Shown here: positions 51,411-62,914 of the stretch, one piece after another
Position numbering within the stretch: the stretch's first letter is position 1
Layout: every line of letters starts with the position of its first letter
Assembly (NCBI RefSeq): GCF_964204865.1
Contig: NC_135250.1
Span: forward strand, 27,714,001 to 27,778,000
Length of the DNA: 64,000 nt
Source: Styela clava
Taxonomy: Eukaryota
Reading direction: 5' to 3'
Made by a program: the position numbers and the translations under genes
Notes under the pieces: model-generated
Databases searched by the model: none
The model's input: the letters and a program-made list of their open reading frames with translations, nothing else
What the model was told of the DNA's origin: nothing

Positions 51411-54400
51411 TCAATATTCAATATCATGATACGGGTGAAAATTTGTCGGTTCGTATCCAGATGATTCGTCAGGTTGTTGCAATGAATCACTCGTCAAGAA
51501 TTTAATCTGATGTCTTGGATCGGGATGAGAGGTCATTGCAGAATGCTCGTGACAAATAGGCAATTCGTATCCACAAGTTTCAGTAGAGCTGGTTGTCTTT
51601 GATTGTTTAATAGTGTTGTTTTCGTAGATTTCGTGTTCACATCCAAACTGAGCTTTTGATATATTTTTCATACTTGGTTTCTCATTATTCCGGATAGCAG
51701 TTGTATTTCTGTTGTTTTTCAACCTAAAATAAAAATAAAGTGTAGATTTTCAAACTTTGGTAGTATCTCAAATTCTTGCAGGTCTAACTATTTTGGCGCC
51801 TAAGCCAGGGTCGGCCAACCTTTTTAGCCGACGGGCCACATTTAGTTTACTAATAATTGCGCGGGCCACTTAACATGGTAATTATTTTCCAGTTTTGCTA
51901 CACTGACTAAAAGTTAATGAAAGAGCATAGAAAACCCTCGCATCAAACTTTCTCAATAATAAGAACAATAAAAAAAACGAAGATACTGTAAAGTCAACAA
52001 AGGTATTTCTACGCGTAGATATTTTGGTGTGAAGTTTGAAAAAATTTCAATATTCGCTGAAATGAACGATGTAGCAATGTGAAGCCAATTTTTCCTATGA
52101 CTGTCAGAAATTAGTGATTTCACAGGGGATTCAAAGCGTAAAGGCAATCCAAAGTTGTCAACTCATCAATATTTTGCTTCATTGCCAAAACATCAAGGAT
52201 TTTATGCATGCACATACCACGCCTAAACACACAGCATTGGCAATTATCATTTATGCCCCCAGCAGGTTTGACCAAGTAATATTTGGTTGGTGCTACATTT
52301 GAACGAGAGACCACGTGATAAAATAAAAGAAGATTGTCTCACAGATGAGATAACGTTAAAGAAGTAGTAGAAGACCCAAGTGTGTAAGCGACTATTTAAG
52401 TATCGATATCTTCCAGTTGGTTTCGATTCCAAATGGTACTCATCGCTCGTTTGAAAGGGCTAGCAGAGCGCATTTCAGGATCATGAACAAATTTTTTGTA
52501 TCAAATCTTTATATTAACTACATCACTTGAAAATTAGAAATTTTTCCCATTTTTTTTTATTTATTTTCGAAAATACAGCGCAGGCCACTCGAAACTCCCC
52601 GGTGGGCCACATGTGGCCCGCGGGCTAAGGTTTGGACGATCCTGGACGAAGCCTTGTAGATACAACAGTGATGACAACATTTCGACAATGCTAACGAAAG
52701 CAAATTCGACAATTAATGAATTTAATGTTTCTTGATTATGATTTTGACCTACTTCTACCGATCCCCGATGTCGTACTAACGACTCAACCACTTTTGAATC
52801 AGCTAAAAATAATACCTCTCTAACACAGTTTATATTATTCAAAATAGAAAATCCATTTTTTTAAAACTGCTTTGTTGATATGTGATACGAATACCCATAT
52901 GGACATCTGAAAGCCGGCAGATTCCGAGAGTTTCCAGATTTGAAAACAATAGATAATAAATTGGATGCTAGCTCTTTTAAATCAATGCCCTTGTCTATGC
53001 AATGTTTATTCAACATCCAATAGTTATTTTAATCTTACCTGGTAACAAGGACAATAATGATGATCACTGCAATAACGAGAAGAATGCCAAGTACAATAGT
53101 GGAGATGACGATGATTTTCCCAGTTTCTTTGCCAAAGTCGTCACTACTTGTACTTGATTTTGTTATTTTCTTAACTCCAGTTTGTTCAAACGACGAAGTT
53201 GTTGCTTTATTTGTGAGCAGGTCCCAGTTGCCTTCAGTAGTTGCATTTTTATCATTTTTAAAATCTGCAAAGTTTATATAATTCACCATATTTGAACAAT
53301 AACATTCATTACAACATTCTCAATTCTGATATTGACGGCATTAAAGTTTAGGAGATAAAATTCACACGAATTTTAATTTTGTTCTATTTAATTTTTTTCT
53401 TAAAATATTTCGTCGATTTTAGTAAAGCCTAAAAATTTGTTTGTCATTTTGTTTATATTATACAAAAGCAATAACTAAGTCGTGCTAATGAATGATGGCT
53501 CAAAAGGCCATAACTATTCAGTTCGGTCTAAATTAGAATAAATTCCTTGTTTATCATTGGCTCATTCGTTTTACCTTTGCTGCTTGTTTTTACATAAATT
53601 GAGGGAATGCGAAAATCTTGGAAATGATCATAGAAACCATCCTCTGTCTTATAAGTAATATTTATTGTAAATATATTGCCTTCAATGATGATATAAGGAA
53701 ATATTCTTGCACATCCGTCAGTAATAGAATCATTAGATACATTTTTGAAGTAAAAATGAAACAGTCGTTTGGTTGGGAATCACGAAGTTCTGTGCTAATT
53801 TGATAAAAAAATTGCTATTTGCTGTACGGAGCATTTTATATAGATAGATTGATAAAAATTGAATACAATAGGGAGAACTTAAGTTGAAAGAGACTAATTA
53901 TATCTGCTTTTACCCGTGTTGTTTAATATCCGGTGTATTAACTGGATTTTGAATTTTTGAAATTCATGAGTGTAACCATCTCCTGTCTTATATGTCAAAT
54001 TAATTGGAAAAACATTATCTCCAATGATATGCTGGTGTATCCTATTACATCCGTCAGTAATAGATTCATCCGATACGGTTTTTGAGGCGAAAAGGAAACA
54101 GTCGTTGAGATTGGAATCACACAGTTCTGTATCCACTAATCCGGCTGAAACATATTGAAATTGGTTCTTTTACATGATAATGCATGATATTACCTCCCAT
54201 AAATTACCATATACGGTATTGTATATTAAATAAAAGTTGTTTAATTGTTACAAATAAACACAAAAAATGTATTCACTTTGATTACCAGTAATTTTCAGAG
54301 ATCCAATGCACTGAGTGTTTTGATTGAGATTATTTTCAATAATTTTAACTATCAAGACGCTGTTAACAGATGTGCAACTATCGGTATTTAATTCCCAAAT

Positions 54401-55200
54401 AGTGTGAATATCCGCTGCTCTTCTGAAAAATACAATTTAAAAATGACTATTTAAACTATATTTTCATGTTCATATACGGCTGGATGATCATGAAACTTCA
54501 TTTCATCATTTTTAAAAAGTTTATCAAAATCAGAATTTTCTTATATTTTACATCATTCTGTTGATTATTATTCATGTTGAAATTATTTTTCATTGTATTG
54601 GATGCTTTATTTGTATCAATTTTTTTTTAATTTAATCAAAGGATATAGAAATGTTTACCTTACACTTGCTCGAAGTTCGGGTTTGGAACAAGAATCAACA
54701 TTAAACTGACCCAGACCGATAGCTTGGTGAAGTATTGCTGTCACTATCGGTGAACAAAAATGAAGATTAGTTACGTTGAAAATTTTTCCCGGAACTGACA
54801 AGCCGTAAATCCGTTTTGAGGGGTTTGAGTTTCGAATACGCGATATATAATATTAAAGATGACTTCGTTAAGTATATGTACAATTATATGCATTTCAAAA
54901 GTCAACTATCTCACTTAGTACTAATTAGTTAGATCCTCGTTAAAAAAAGGCAAGTTATAAAACGTTGAAGTCCCGAATTTCTAAAAGACTAAACCCTCGA
55001 TGAATTTCTATAATTCATATCACTCACTCGTAAAAGTTTTGGAATTATATAAATTTGAAAGAACTCAACGAATTTATTCCTTGTACGTAGTGAAGTAAAC
55101 AACATCTATCCACTGATATACATTATTGAAAATCCCTAATAAAAACGATATGAACAAATTACTCACCGATAAGTGACAATAACCGCGCGAAGAGATGCAT
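51411..55200 (-). CDS. Type I membrane protein X2 (344 aa): same CUB-like ectodomain, different stalk/TM/tail
   Basis: Exons 55167-55200, 54659-54743, 54277-54422, 53914-54144, 53039-53264, 51411-51723 total 1035 nt in frame. Exons 1-4 have the same lengths as in X1 (34/85/146/231). TM IIVISTIVLGILLVIAVIIIIVLV; tail has IYEN, GYELP, GYEPT, PYHDI and a terminal Y. Confidence 0.8.
51806..52644. mobile_element. hAT-like MITE in the last intron of X2
   Basis: Ends CAGGGTCGGCCAA and TTGGACGATCCTG. TSD gcctaagc/gacgaagc (6 of 8). The empty site gcctgagc is in X3 near 58818. Confidence 0.75.
53575..53800 (-). pseudogene. Diverged tandem duplicate of receptor exon 4 (exon 4') inside X2 intron 4
   Basis: Reads TELRDSQPNDCFIFTSK / VSNDSITDGCARIFPYIIIEGNIFTINITYKTEDGFYDHFQDFRIPSIYVKTSSK with a phase-1 GT donor and a 1-nt frameshift in an A-run. 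The counterpart in X3 is at about 59705-59905. Confidence 0.65.
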
Positions 55201-55875
55201 GTTTTCTCAAATATGTCAGCTCCCGTCCTTTGCAACTACACCGAAGAACTATATGGTTATCCCAAGGTATAAAATTTGAAAACGTGAAACTTTGCCAAGC
55301 CAACAGTTGTTAACGCATGCGTTCATCAGAGTATTTATGTATCTACTCTTTTATTACGTGTACTGAAGCGATGAATATGTCTTGCCAAATGCAGATACGT
55401 AATTGTAAAGTACGCTTTTTGTTAATCGGCAATGTGTGATATCATTTCCTTGTGCACAGACGATCACCTGCAACAGTTTACTAAGGTTGTTAATTTGTAA
55501 TCAGGATCTGACTAATGTAATTCAATGATTGAGATCGAATCTTCCGAACAAAATTTTGAATTGGAAATATTGCTAATTTAGTTCCTGAACACTTAGGATA
55601 TTTTTAATTTACTCAGATTACTCTTCACCCATTATGTATTTTGAAAGTGAATTGGCCAAATTATGAACAATGCTATGAAACAAGAGAGCGATGGTCAAAT
55701 ATATGGTCACGAAATTGTACGGGTATGCAATTTGTCACATTTCGGCACGGTATTGCAGTTGAGCACAAATTTTAACTTACGCAAAGGTGAAACCACCACA
55801 ACGAGCGCAATTTTTAATTTCGATGACGTCATTGCACACAAAAAAACAAATCTCTTAGAGGCCACACATATTTTT
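54230..55875 (+). repeat. Segmental duplication of ~47535-49430 (exons 1-3 and upstream region of X1 and X2)
   Basis: Collinear introns, exons and 5' flank. Confidence 0.85.
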
Positions 55876-58018
55876 GAGAAAGAGCATAGCCCAAATATGT
55901 GGACGCAAAGGTCGGGCATTGGTACTGGTACTGAAAGGCTCAAGCTTAGCAGGGTATTGACTGGAAGATCGCCGGACAAGCGTGGCGGAATGAAGTCTCA
56001 CTAGCACAACCATCTGTTCGATGTTTGGGCATATCCACTTGGTATATCACCTTCATAAAACGAATATATAGATACAATTACTAACTGCAGTACCTATGCA
56101 AACTAAACTAAAATTAGCATTCAGCTGAACAGTGAACATCAGCGGTGTCAAATGCCACGTGGTCGCGCAATATTTGTGATAATAAAGAGACATTGGATGA
56201 AATGTGGAACCTAACAAGGCTCGAAGGATATTTGAAAAAATGTAAAAGTAATTCTCTCCTGGAAACTACTACCACCTTTATGTCATCAAGATTTGAAATT
56301 GATTGGTCCATTGGTTTTGTTCATAATAATTTCAGGTGTAAATATTTCTTACGATTTGTTTTAGTCTTGTTGCTGCATTTTGATTTGTGTCTGTATCAGG
56401 CAACGCATTTTCTGATGAGACTCGGTAGTGTTTTAATTTTGATTATTTGTTTAATATTTACTCATCTTATTGATATTCAAACAAAAGAATTCCGAAGTTT
56501 TTTTGGGTTTATTGGTATTGAATTATTTTTCAATCCTATACGATATTTCTTTTCCAACCGCAGACTTTCCCATTTTATAAAAATTAAACGTTGGTGAACT
56601 TGTGTTTGCGATGTTACACCATAGATTTAGACGTCTAGGACCACATGCCGTATGCCAAATCGTTAGCAAACGATCTTTCTCTGGTGGTGTAATCTTGTTT
56701 AAACTTTGGAAGCCTAATCAATCAAGCCAACAAAAATTATAATTCTATATCTAAGAACATACCTACAGACACATTAGTTAATTGATAATGATTTTGCCAT
56801 GAACCCACACTAATATGTTTCAATATTTTTTTTTAATTTATACATTTATAACTTGTCTCAGAAATTCTATCAGAAAGAATAGCACATTTAAGCAGAATTT
56901 TACAAATAACATGCTAATAAGATAAAAAGATAAAAAACCTGTCTTTATAACCTGTAATTTTGTCATTATGTTCTGAGCAATAAGCACCTCAATTGTCTCG
57001 TCAACGTAATCAGAAATTGAAACCATGACAACAAAAAACTTTATCGTAAATTGAGAAGTCACGCAGGAAAAATAAACGATCTATTACATCCTGTTTGCTG
57101 TACTCTTGTATTTCTCATCCTCAATTTCTATTAATAAAATTAATTCCTTAATAAATTATGTCCATGCTTTCCAATAATTGTTTATTATAAAGTTGCTCTT
57201 TAAGTATCTATAAATTTTAATTCAGATCCGGGAAAGAAAGGACGATATGCCGCACTATTATTTCATATCAAATATAAAAATCGCTTTGCAACTAGAACTC
57301 CACAATTGTAGTTAAGTCAGCATTGCAGACAAGCATTTAATATGCGATTGAAATAATCTTAATCTGAACGTTATAGTTTGGTCTTACAATAGCGATTACA
57401 AGTTATATTTCATTCTTTCAGTATCTATTTCATATAGATGAATCTATATAAAAAAAAATAAAAAAGTTTGAATTAAATTGAAAATGTATACAGCAATTTA
57501 CTTAAAAAATTGTTTAGGCCTAAACCCGTTTTTTCTTGATGTATATCAAATATATATTGATAACCCACTATACTTTCCTAAAATCTCTCTATGTCTACTT
57601 TAGACATTTAACTTGGCTCATTTAAATTTCATGTTGAATGAGAACAAATATTGAATAAAAAGGCCAAATAAAATACACGAAATAGTAAATGAACATCAAA
57701 TAGACTCTAAAATTCGTATTAAGAAAAAAGGGGGTACTACCGTAGTATGTGCATCAATATGGCGTACACCGGAACGTAGTATGTGTATAAAGTTAGGGTC
57801 AGTTCATAATTTCAGGTACAAATACTACGGGAGTCACTTGGCTAGTCCCCGAACTCATAATAGAACTGAAATAAGAGAAATCGGAATAAAATTATGGCCT
57901 AACCCTAACCTGTTACACATACTATGTTCAGGTGTCCACCATATTGTTGCACATACCACAGGAAAGCCAAAAATGGAGTCTTAACTCAGGTTGCTAAAGT
58001 TATCTGTTAAATATATGT

Positions 58019-58272
58019 GCTGGTATCAGTGGGCCACCCTCTATTGTCGTTAAATATAACGTCACTTAAGCGTGCAAATACCGCGTCATTGGAGCCTGTA
58101 GTGTCAACCTTAATTAAATCGACTGAACAGATGATGCGAGTGCGACAACATCAAGAGTGGTAACGATTTGACACTTATGAAGCACCATCTGTTCTGTCGA
58201 ATATATAAGTCCATAAACCGAAAAAGTGACGTTATATTAAACGACAATAGAGGGTGGCCCACTGATACCAGC
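58019..58272. mobile_element. Small MITE with ~50-bp TIRs
   Basis: GCTGGTATCAGTGGGCCACCCTCTATTGTCGTT.AATATAACGTCACTT and its reverse complement. Flanked by ATATGT on both sides. The empty site is in the paralog near 51250. Confidence 0.85.
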
Positions 58273-58427
58273 ATATGTATGCTCATTTTTTTGTTATACT
58301 CTATTATAGCAAGGTATGACCACTTAATCAGGAATGACTATACTCTATCCTGTTTAGTCACGAGTAGTCAGTGACATGAAGAGGAACTGAAATTAATGTT
58401 CAACAAATAAACAGGAATAAGGTGAAG

Positions 58428-60030
58428 TCAATATTCAATATCATGATACGGGTGAAAATTTGTCGGTTCTTATCCAGATGATCCATCTAGTTGTTGCAAT
58501 GAATCGCTCGTCAAGTATTTAATCTGATCTCTTGGATCGGGATGAGAAGTCATTGCAGAATGCTCGAGACGAATAGGCAATTCGTATCCAGAGGTTGCGG
58601 TTTGTATTGCTATTTGTATTTCACCGTTCACGACGTTGTTCTCATATATTCCGAGATCACATTCAAACTGAGCTTTTGGCATATTTTTCATACTCGGTTT
58701 CATATTCTTCGGGGTAGTAGTTGTATTCCTGTTGTTTTTCATTCTAAAATTAAAAAAAAATGTATGCATTTTCAAGCTTCGGTAGTATCTCAATTTCTTG
58801 CAGGTAGCTATTACGGCGCCTGAGCCTTGGAGATACAACGCTGATGCAAATATTTAAAATATGCACACGGAAGCAAAATAGACAAGAAAGGAATTTGATG
58901 TCTTTTGATACTTGGAATGATTTTGACCCACTGCTACCGATCCCTGTCGTCGTACTAACAACTCAACTATTTTCAAATCAGCCTAAGATAATTAGTCTTC
59001 AACACAGTTGATATTGATCAAAACAGAAAATACAATTTTTAAAACTGCTATGCCGATATGTAATACCAATCATCATATGGGCATCAGAAAGCGGGCAGAG
59101 TCCGAGAAATGTCCATGTTTGTGCAATGTTTATTCAGCATCCAATAGGTATTTGAATCTTACCTGGTAACAAGGACAATAATGATGATCACTGCAACAAC
59201 GAGAAAAATGCCAAGTACAATAGTGGAGATGAAGAAGAATTTCTCATTTTCTTTGCAAAAGTCGTCACTACTTGTAGTTGGTTTTGTTATTTTCTCAACT
59301 CCAGTTTGTTCAAACGACGCAGTTGTGGCTTCATTTGTGAGCAGGTGCCTGTTGCCTTCAGTAGTTGTATTTTTATCATCTTGATGAGCTTAAAATTTCT
59401 ATAATTCACTATATTTAAATAACAACAATCATTACAACATTCACAATTCCAATATTGACAGCATTAACGTTTATGAAATAAAAACCACACGACATTCAAT
59501 TTTAATTTTGTTCTAATTAATTGTTTTTCTAAAATATGTCGGAATTTAATATAGCTCAAAAATGTGCCAAGTTATTTTGTTTATATTGTATAAAAGCAAT
59601 AACTAGGTCTTGCTAATGAATGACCGCTCATAAGATCATAACTATGCAGTTCGATCCAAATTACAATAAATTCCAAATTTATCATTGGCGTATTTGTTTT
59701 AACTTTGTTGCTTGTTTTCGCATAAATTGAGCAAATGCAAAATGATCATAGAAACCATCCGCTGTCCCATAAGTTATATTTATTGTAAATATATTGCCTT
59801 CGATGATATCCTAGCACGTCCATTGGTAATAGAATCATTACATTTATTTTTTGAAGTAAAAAGGAAACAGTTGTTTGTTTGGGAATCACAAAATTCTGTG
59901 CTGATTGAATAAGCATTTTGTACAAATAAATTGATAAACATTGAATACAATACGAAGAACTTAAGTCGAACGAGACTAATTTCTTTTGCATATACCTAAT
60001 TTGTTGCTTTTACCCGTGTTGTTAAATATC
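58428..60030 (-). pseudogene. Receptor X3, 5'-truncated paralog of X2
   Basis: Retains only the last ~18 nt of exon 4 (60014-60030), the stalk/TM exon (about 59163-59389) and the tail exon (58428-58743). The GYEPT Tyr codon has become TAA at 58470-58472. Exons 1-3 are absent. Confidence 0.72.
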
Positions 60031-61240
60031 TCGTATAACTGTTTCAATATCTGACTAGGACCGGTGATGGGACTACGAGGCCGTGGTTAGTCATATAGTC
60101 AAAAACTGGCTCCGTGCCTTCTTATTTTTGAGACATAAATATGAAATACCTTGTCTCTTTCATGTCGTATCCATGCCTCCAATGAATCCAAGCCAAATAG
60201 GCTATTTGAATAGTAAACTGCAGATATTTGAATATTTTGCTAGCACTAATCAGTAACCAGTAAATAATTATTAACTTGATTAATTTTATGTTACCGAAAT
60301 AATATTGCGTTTTAGGTAATATGTAAATTCTTTTGAAATCAGCTTGGCTGGTATTAAAGTTTGGTACAAACGTTTCCGACCCGTAATGAATTTCATCATG
60401 TGGAAGTGGCCCGTGAGACGAAAAAGGTTGGGCAGGCCTGTTGTGAGGAGTTGCTAGAAGGGTATTTTCTGAAATTTTGTTGAGCTCTGTGGTTGGGCTC
60501 GAATTTGTTATGCTTTGAATATGAAACCTCCGTGTCATCTGAGCATTGAATTTTAGTTTTTATAGAATCTTATTGTTGATGCAAAAAATATTACAATACA
60601 CGTACTAAGGTAACTAAGCCATATTGCTAAGTACTGTAATGGCAAAACAATAGTGATGAGGCTGTATATGGAGTTTGTCGGCTTGGCTGATGGCGACATT
60701 TAGGTAACCGTGATAAAAATGTTATGAAATTAAATGAATTAAGATGATCAATTTAGAAAGCTTGGACCGACTTGCTAATGTAGGTGACGACGTGAATGTC
60801 TTCCATTACATTCCTTCTAGGCATTGTATGATGTAAATTCTCTTCTTATTTGATATCTATGAAATGTGCGTTTGAATAGCGAATGTTGCAGTAATTTGCA
60901 AGATGTTTTACAGGTTGGTTTTAAAATCTAGCCTGGGCTGTAGCTGTATAATTATTATCAAGTCAACTCATAGAGCCTGCACGGACATGTATGCTATTTC
61001 AATTGATGAGCTGATTGTCTTCCCTTACATTCCCTCTAGGCATCATCTATGCAATTTGCGTTCGAATACCAATTGTTTCAGTAATGAATGTATTTCCAAA
61101 TTTAAACGTTACACAGAAAAGAGGCTAAGAATTCGCATTTCCATCAGTATATCAAATGTCAATGTATTGTACATATTTTTATTAATTAGACACAAAATTT
61201 TCAGTTCTTTTGGAGTGGCTGCAATTGGTGTCTCAGCTTC

Positions 61241-62537
61241 TTATTCAAAAGAAAAATCTTTCAAATCTTCGTCTGCAGTATCACCTTGGACGTTCCACCG
61301 AGATAGGCCGAGACCGTCCACACCTGTGTATATAAACGTCAATCATGTGGACTCGCTATCTCGTACTTCGACTCCAGATTATTAGGTGATATATATGTAA
61401 CACTGCCTCAATCTCGTAGCTAAAATTATTTATCACTGCACATTAATCACGTGAAAAGCATTGTTTCAATTTGATTCAACTTCGAAGTTAAACATCTGAC
61501 TAAACAAATCTGTTCCGCCCCGCACCCCACATCAGGGGAATAAAATTGATACTTTATGGAAATACAAATAAATAATTTAACACCAGCTAGCAACAGCAAC
61601 AGACTCTAAATCCAATCTAAATGTCTGTTAAGAATAAAACAATTGGAATTTCACTGAGCGACTGTTGTCAATTATCACATTTTGCGGATTTTTCTTACCC
61701 TTTACACCCCATTTCCATGGATGGTCTTTGGTTGTCTTTACCCCCCATTTACTTGGACGGTAATAGGTTGTTCTGAAAAATAAAAACGCTATGAAATACA
61801 GATATGGCTCGTTTGTAGAACGCATAATGAAGTCTGTCGTGGACAGTGGCGGATTTAACATTAGCCTGGTGGCCCACACCTTCTAAATTGTAAAGGTTTC
61901 TTCCAGAATGAAGCCGGTAATTAAAATGTTACAAAAATGTTATTTGTTTAATGTTTTAGTCAGGTTTTTAATTCTTGTCCCAAATTATAGAGCGTTCAAA
62001 AAATTGAAACAAAAATATGGCCAAATGGATAAATTTGTCTAATTTTGAGAACGTTCCCTCTTTGATCTTAATAACGTAACTTGCCATATTAAAATCACAG
62101 TTCACAGTTCACCGTAGAATATCTCAGCAACAACGAATCTAGGAATTAGTATATTTATCACTATTACTATCGCGCCACTGATTACCCTGCTTGGGATCGC
62201 AGGTTCGATTCCGTCGGGGAATAAATTTGTACAAGTGGATTGCTGGATTTCTCGCCGTCGTAGCGTCGTACGGTTCATCAACAAGTCCATACCGATAAAA
62301 CAAATAAATGCCTGGCTGATTGAATAATACCCGACATGGACAGGTAACCAGACGAGTGGCGTGGTTCGCCATATGCTTGAGCCTCATTAGGGAAATACAG
62401 CAAGCGAATCAACAAAAATATCAAAACTTTAAATAATGGTCTCATACCCCCGATGAGATATCGACCTACCTATACCATGAAGTTGATGTTCGGATTAGAA
62501 GTCCAACGATGCAAATGAGTAAAATCCTTCCTTGCAT
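61241..62537 (-). CDS. Secreted host-defence-like prepropeptide, copy F (74 aa, 3 exons)
   Basis: Exons 62470-62537, 61699-61772, 61241-61323. Protein MQGRILLICIVGLLIRTSTS-WYRTTYYRPSKWGVKTTKDHPWKWGVKGVDGLGLSRWNVQGDTADEDLKDFSFE*. Exon 2 is visible inside ORF 61628..61879. Confidence 0.82.
62165..62385 (+). mobile_element. Truncated SINE-like repeat in intron 1 of peptide genes
   Basis: Contains a B-box-like GGTTCGATTCC followed by ggattgctgga..tcgccg..taatacccgacatggac..gacgag..ggttcgccatatg. Related copies at about 43535-43752, 28175-28330 and 34872-35150. Confidence 0.5.
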
Positions 62538-62914
62538 TATGTAGATTATGATATATAAGTTCTTGCAAAAGAATCCACAACTGATTTATCTATACTTTTA
62601 TAAGCTAGACGTAAGTCGCTAAACAAGAACATAAAAAATACAAAAGTTTTACTACTGCTTTTACCAAATTAATTATTTATTTATTATTTTATTAATATTT
62701 ATTTATTATTATTATTTATTTATTTAATTTATCAATTTTTGAGTATTTATGTCTAATTTGCCTTACGTTGGAATGATAGCCTGCTTGTTTGGCCTAACGT
62801 GCAACTAAGAAATCACAGGCGCCGTCTCACCAAGGTTGTAATATATATTCATTAGCATATGCTTGACAAAAAATTCCGGAATTTTTAAAACATAGCAGAT
62901 CGCTGCGTATTACA

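Larger units (their letters stand above)
56230..60030 (+). repeat. Segmental duplication of ~49740-53935 (3' half of X2 plus downstream flank)
   Basis: Collinear similarity throughout, apart from copy-specific MITE and R1 insertions. Confidence 0.85.

Noticed and set aside
49603-56597. Paralogous ORFs 49789+ and 56145+, and 49603- and 55707-
   Set aside because: They lie in a duplicated flank. I could not build a consistent spliced model or find a domain, though a decayed gene cannot be excluded.
25539-61385. Similar plus-strand ORFs at 25539, 42292 and 60903
   Set aside because: They are antisense to the 3' exon and flank of the peptide genes. The similarity reflects DNA duplication, and frames and ends differ between copies.
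19035-62537. Naming the peptide genes styelin or clavanin
   Set aside because: The precursor architecture is similar, but the mature cores do not match those peptides as I recall them, so no gene symbol was assigned.
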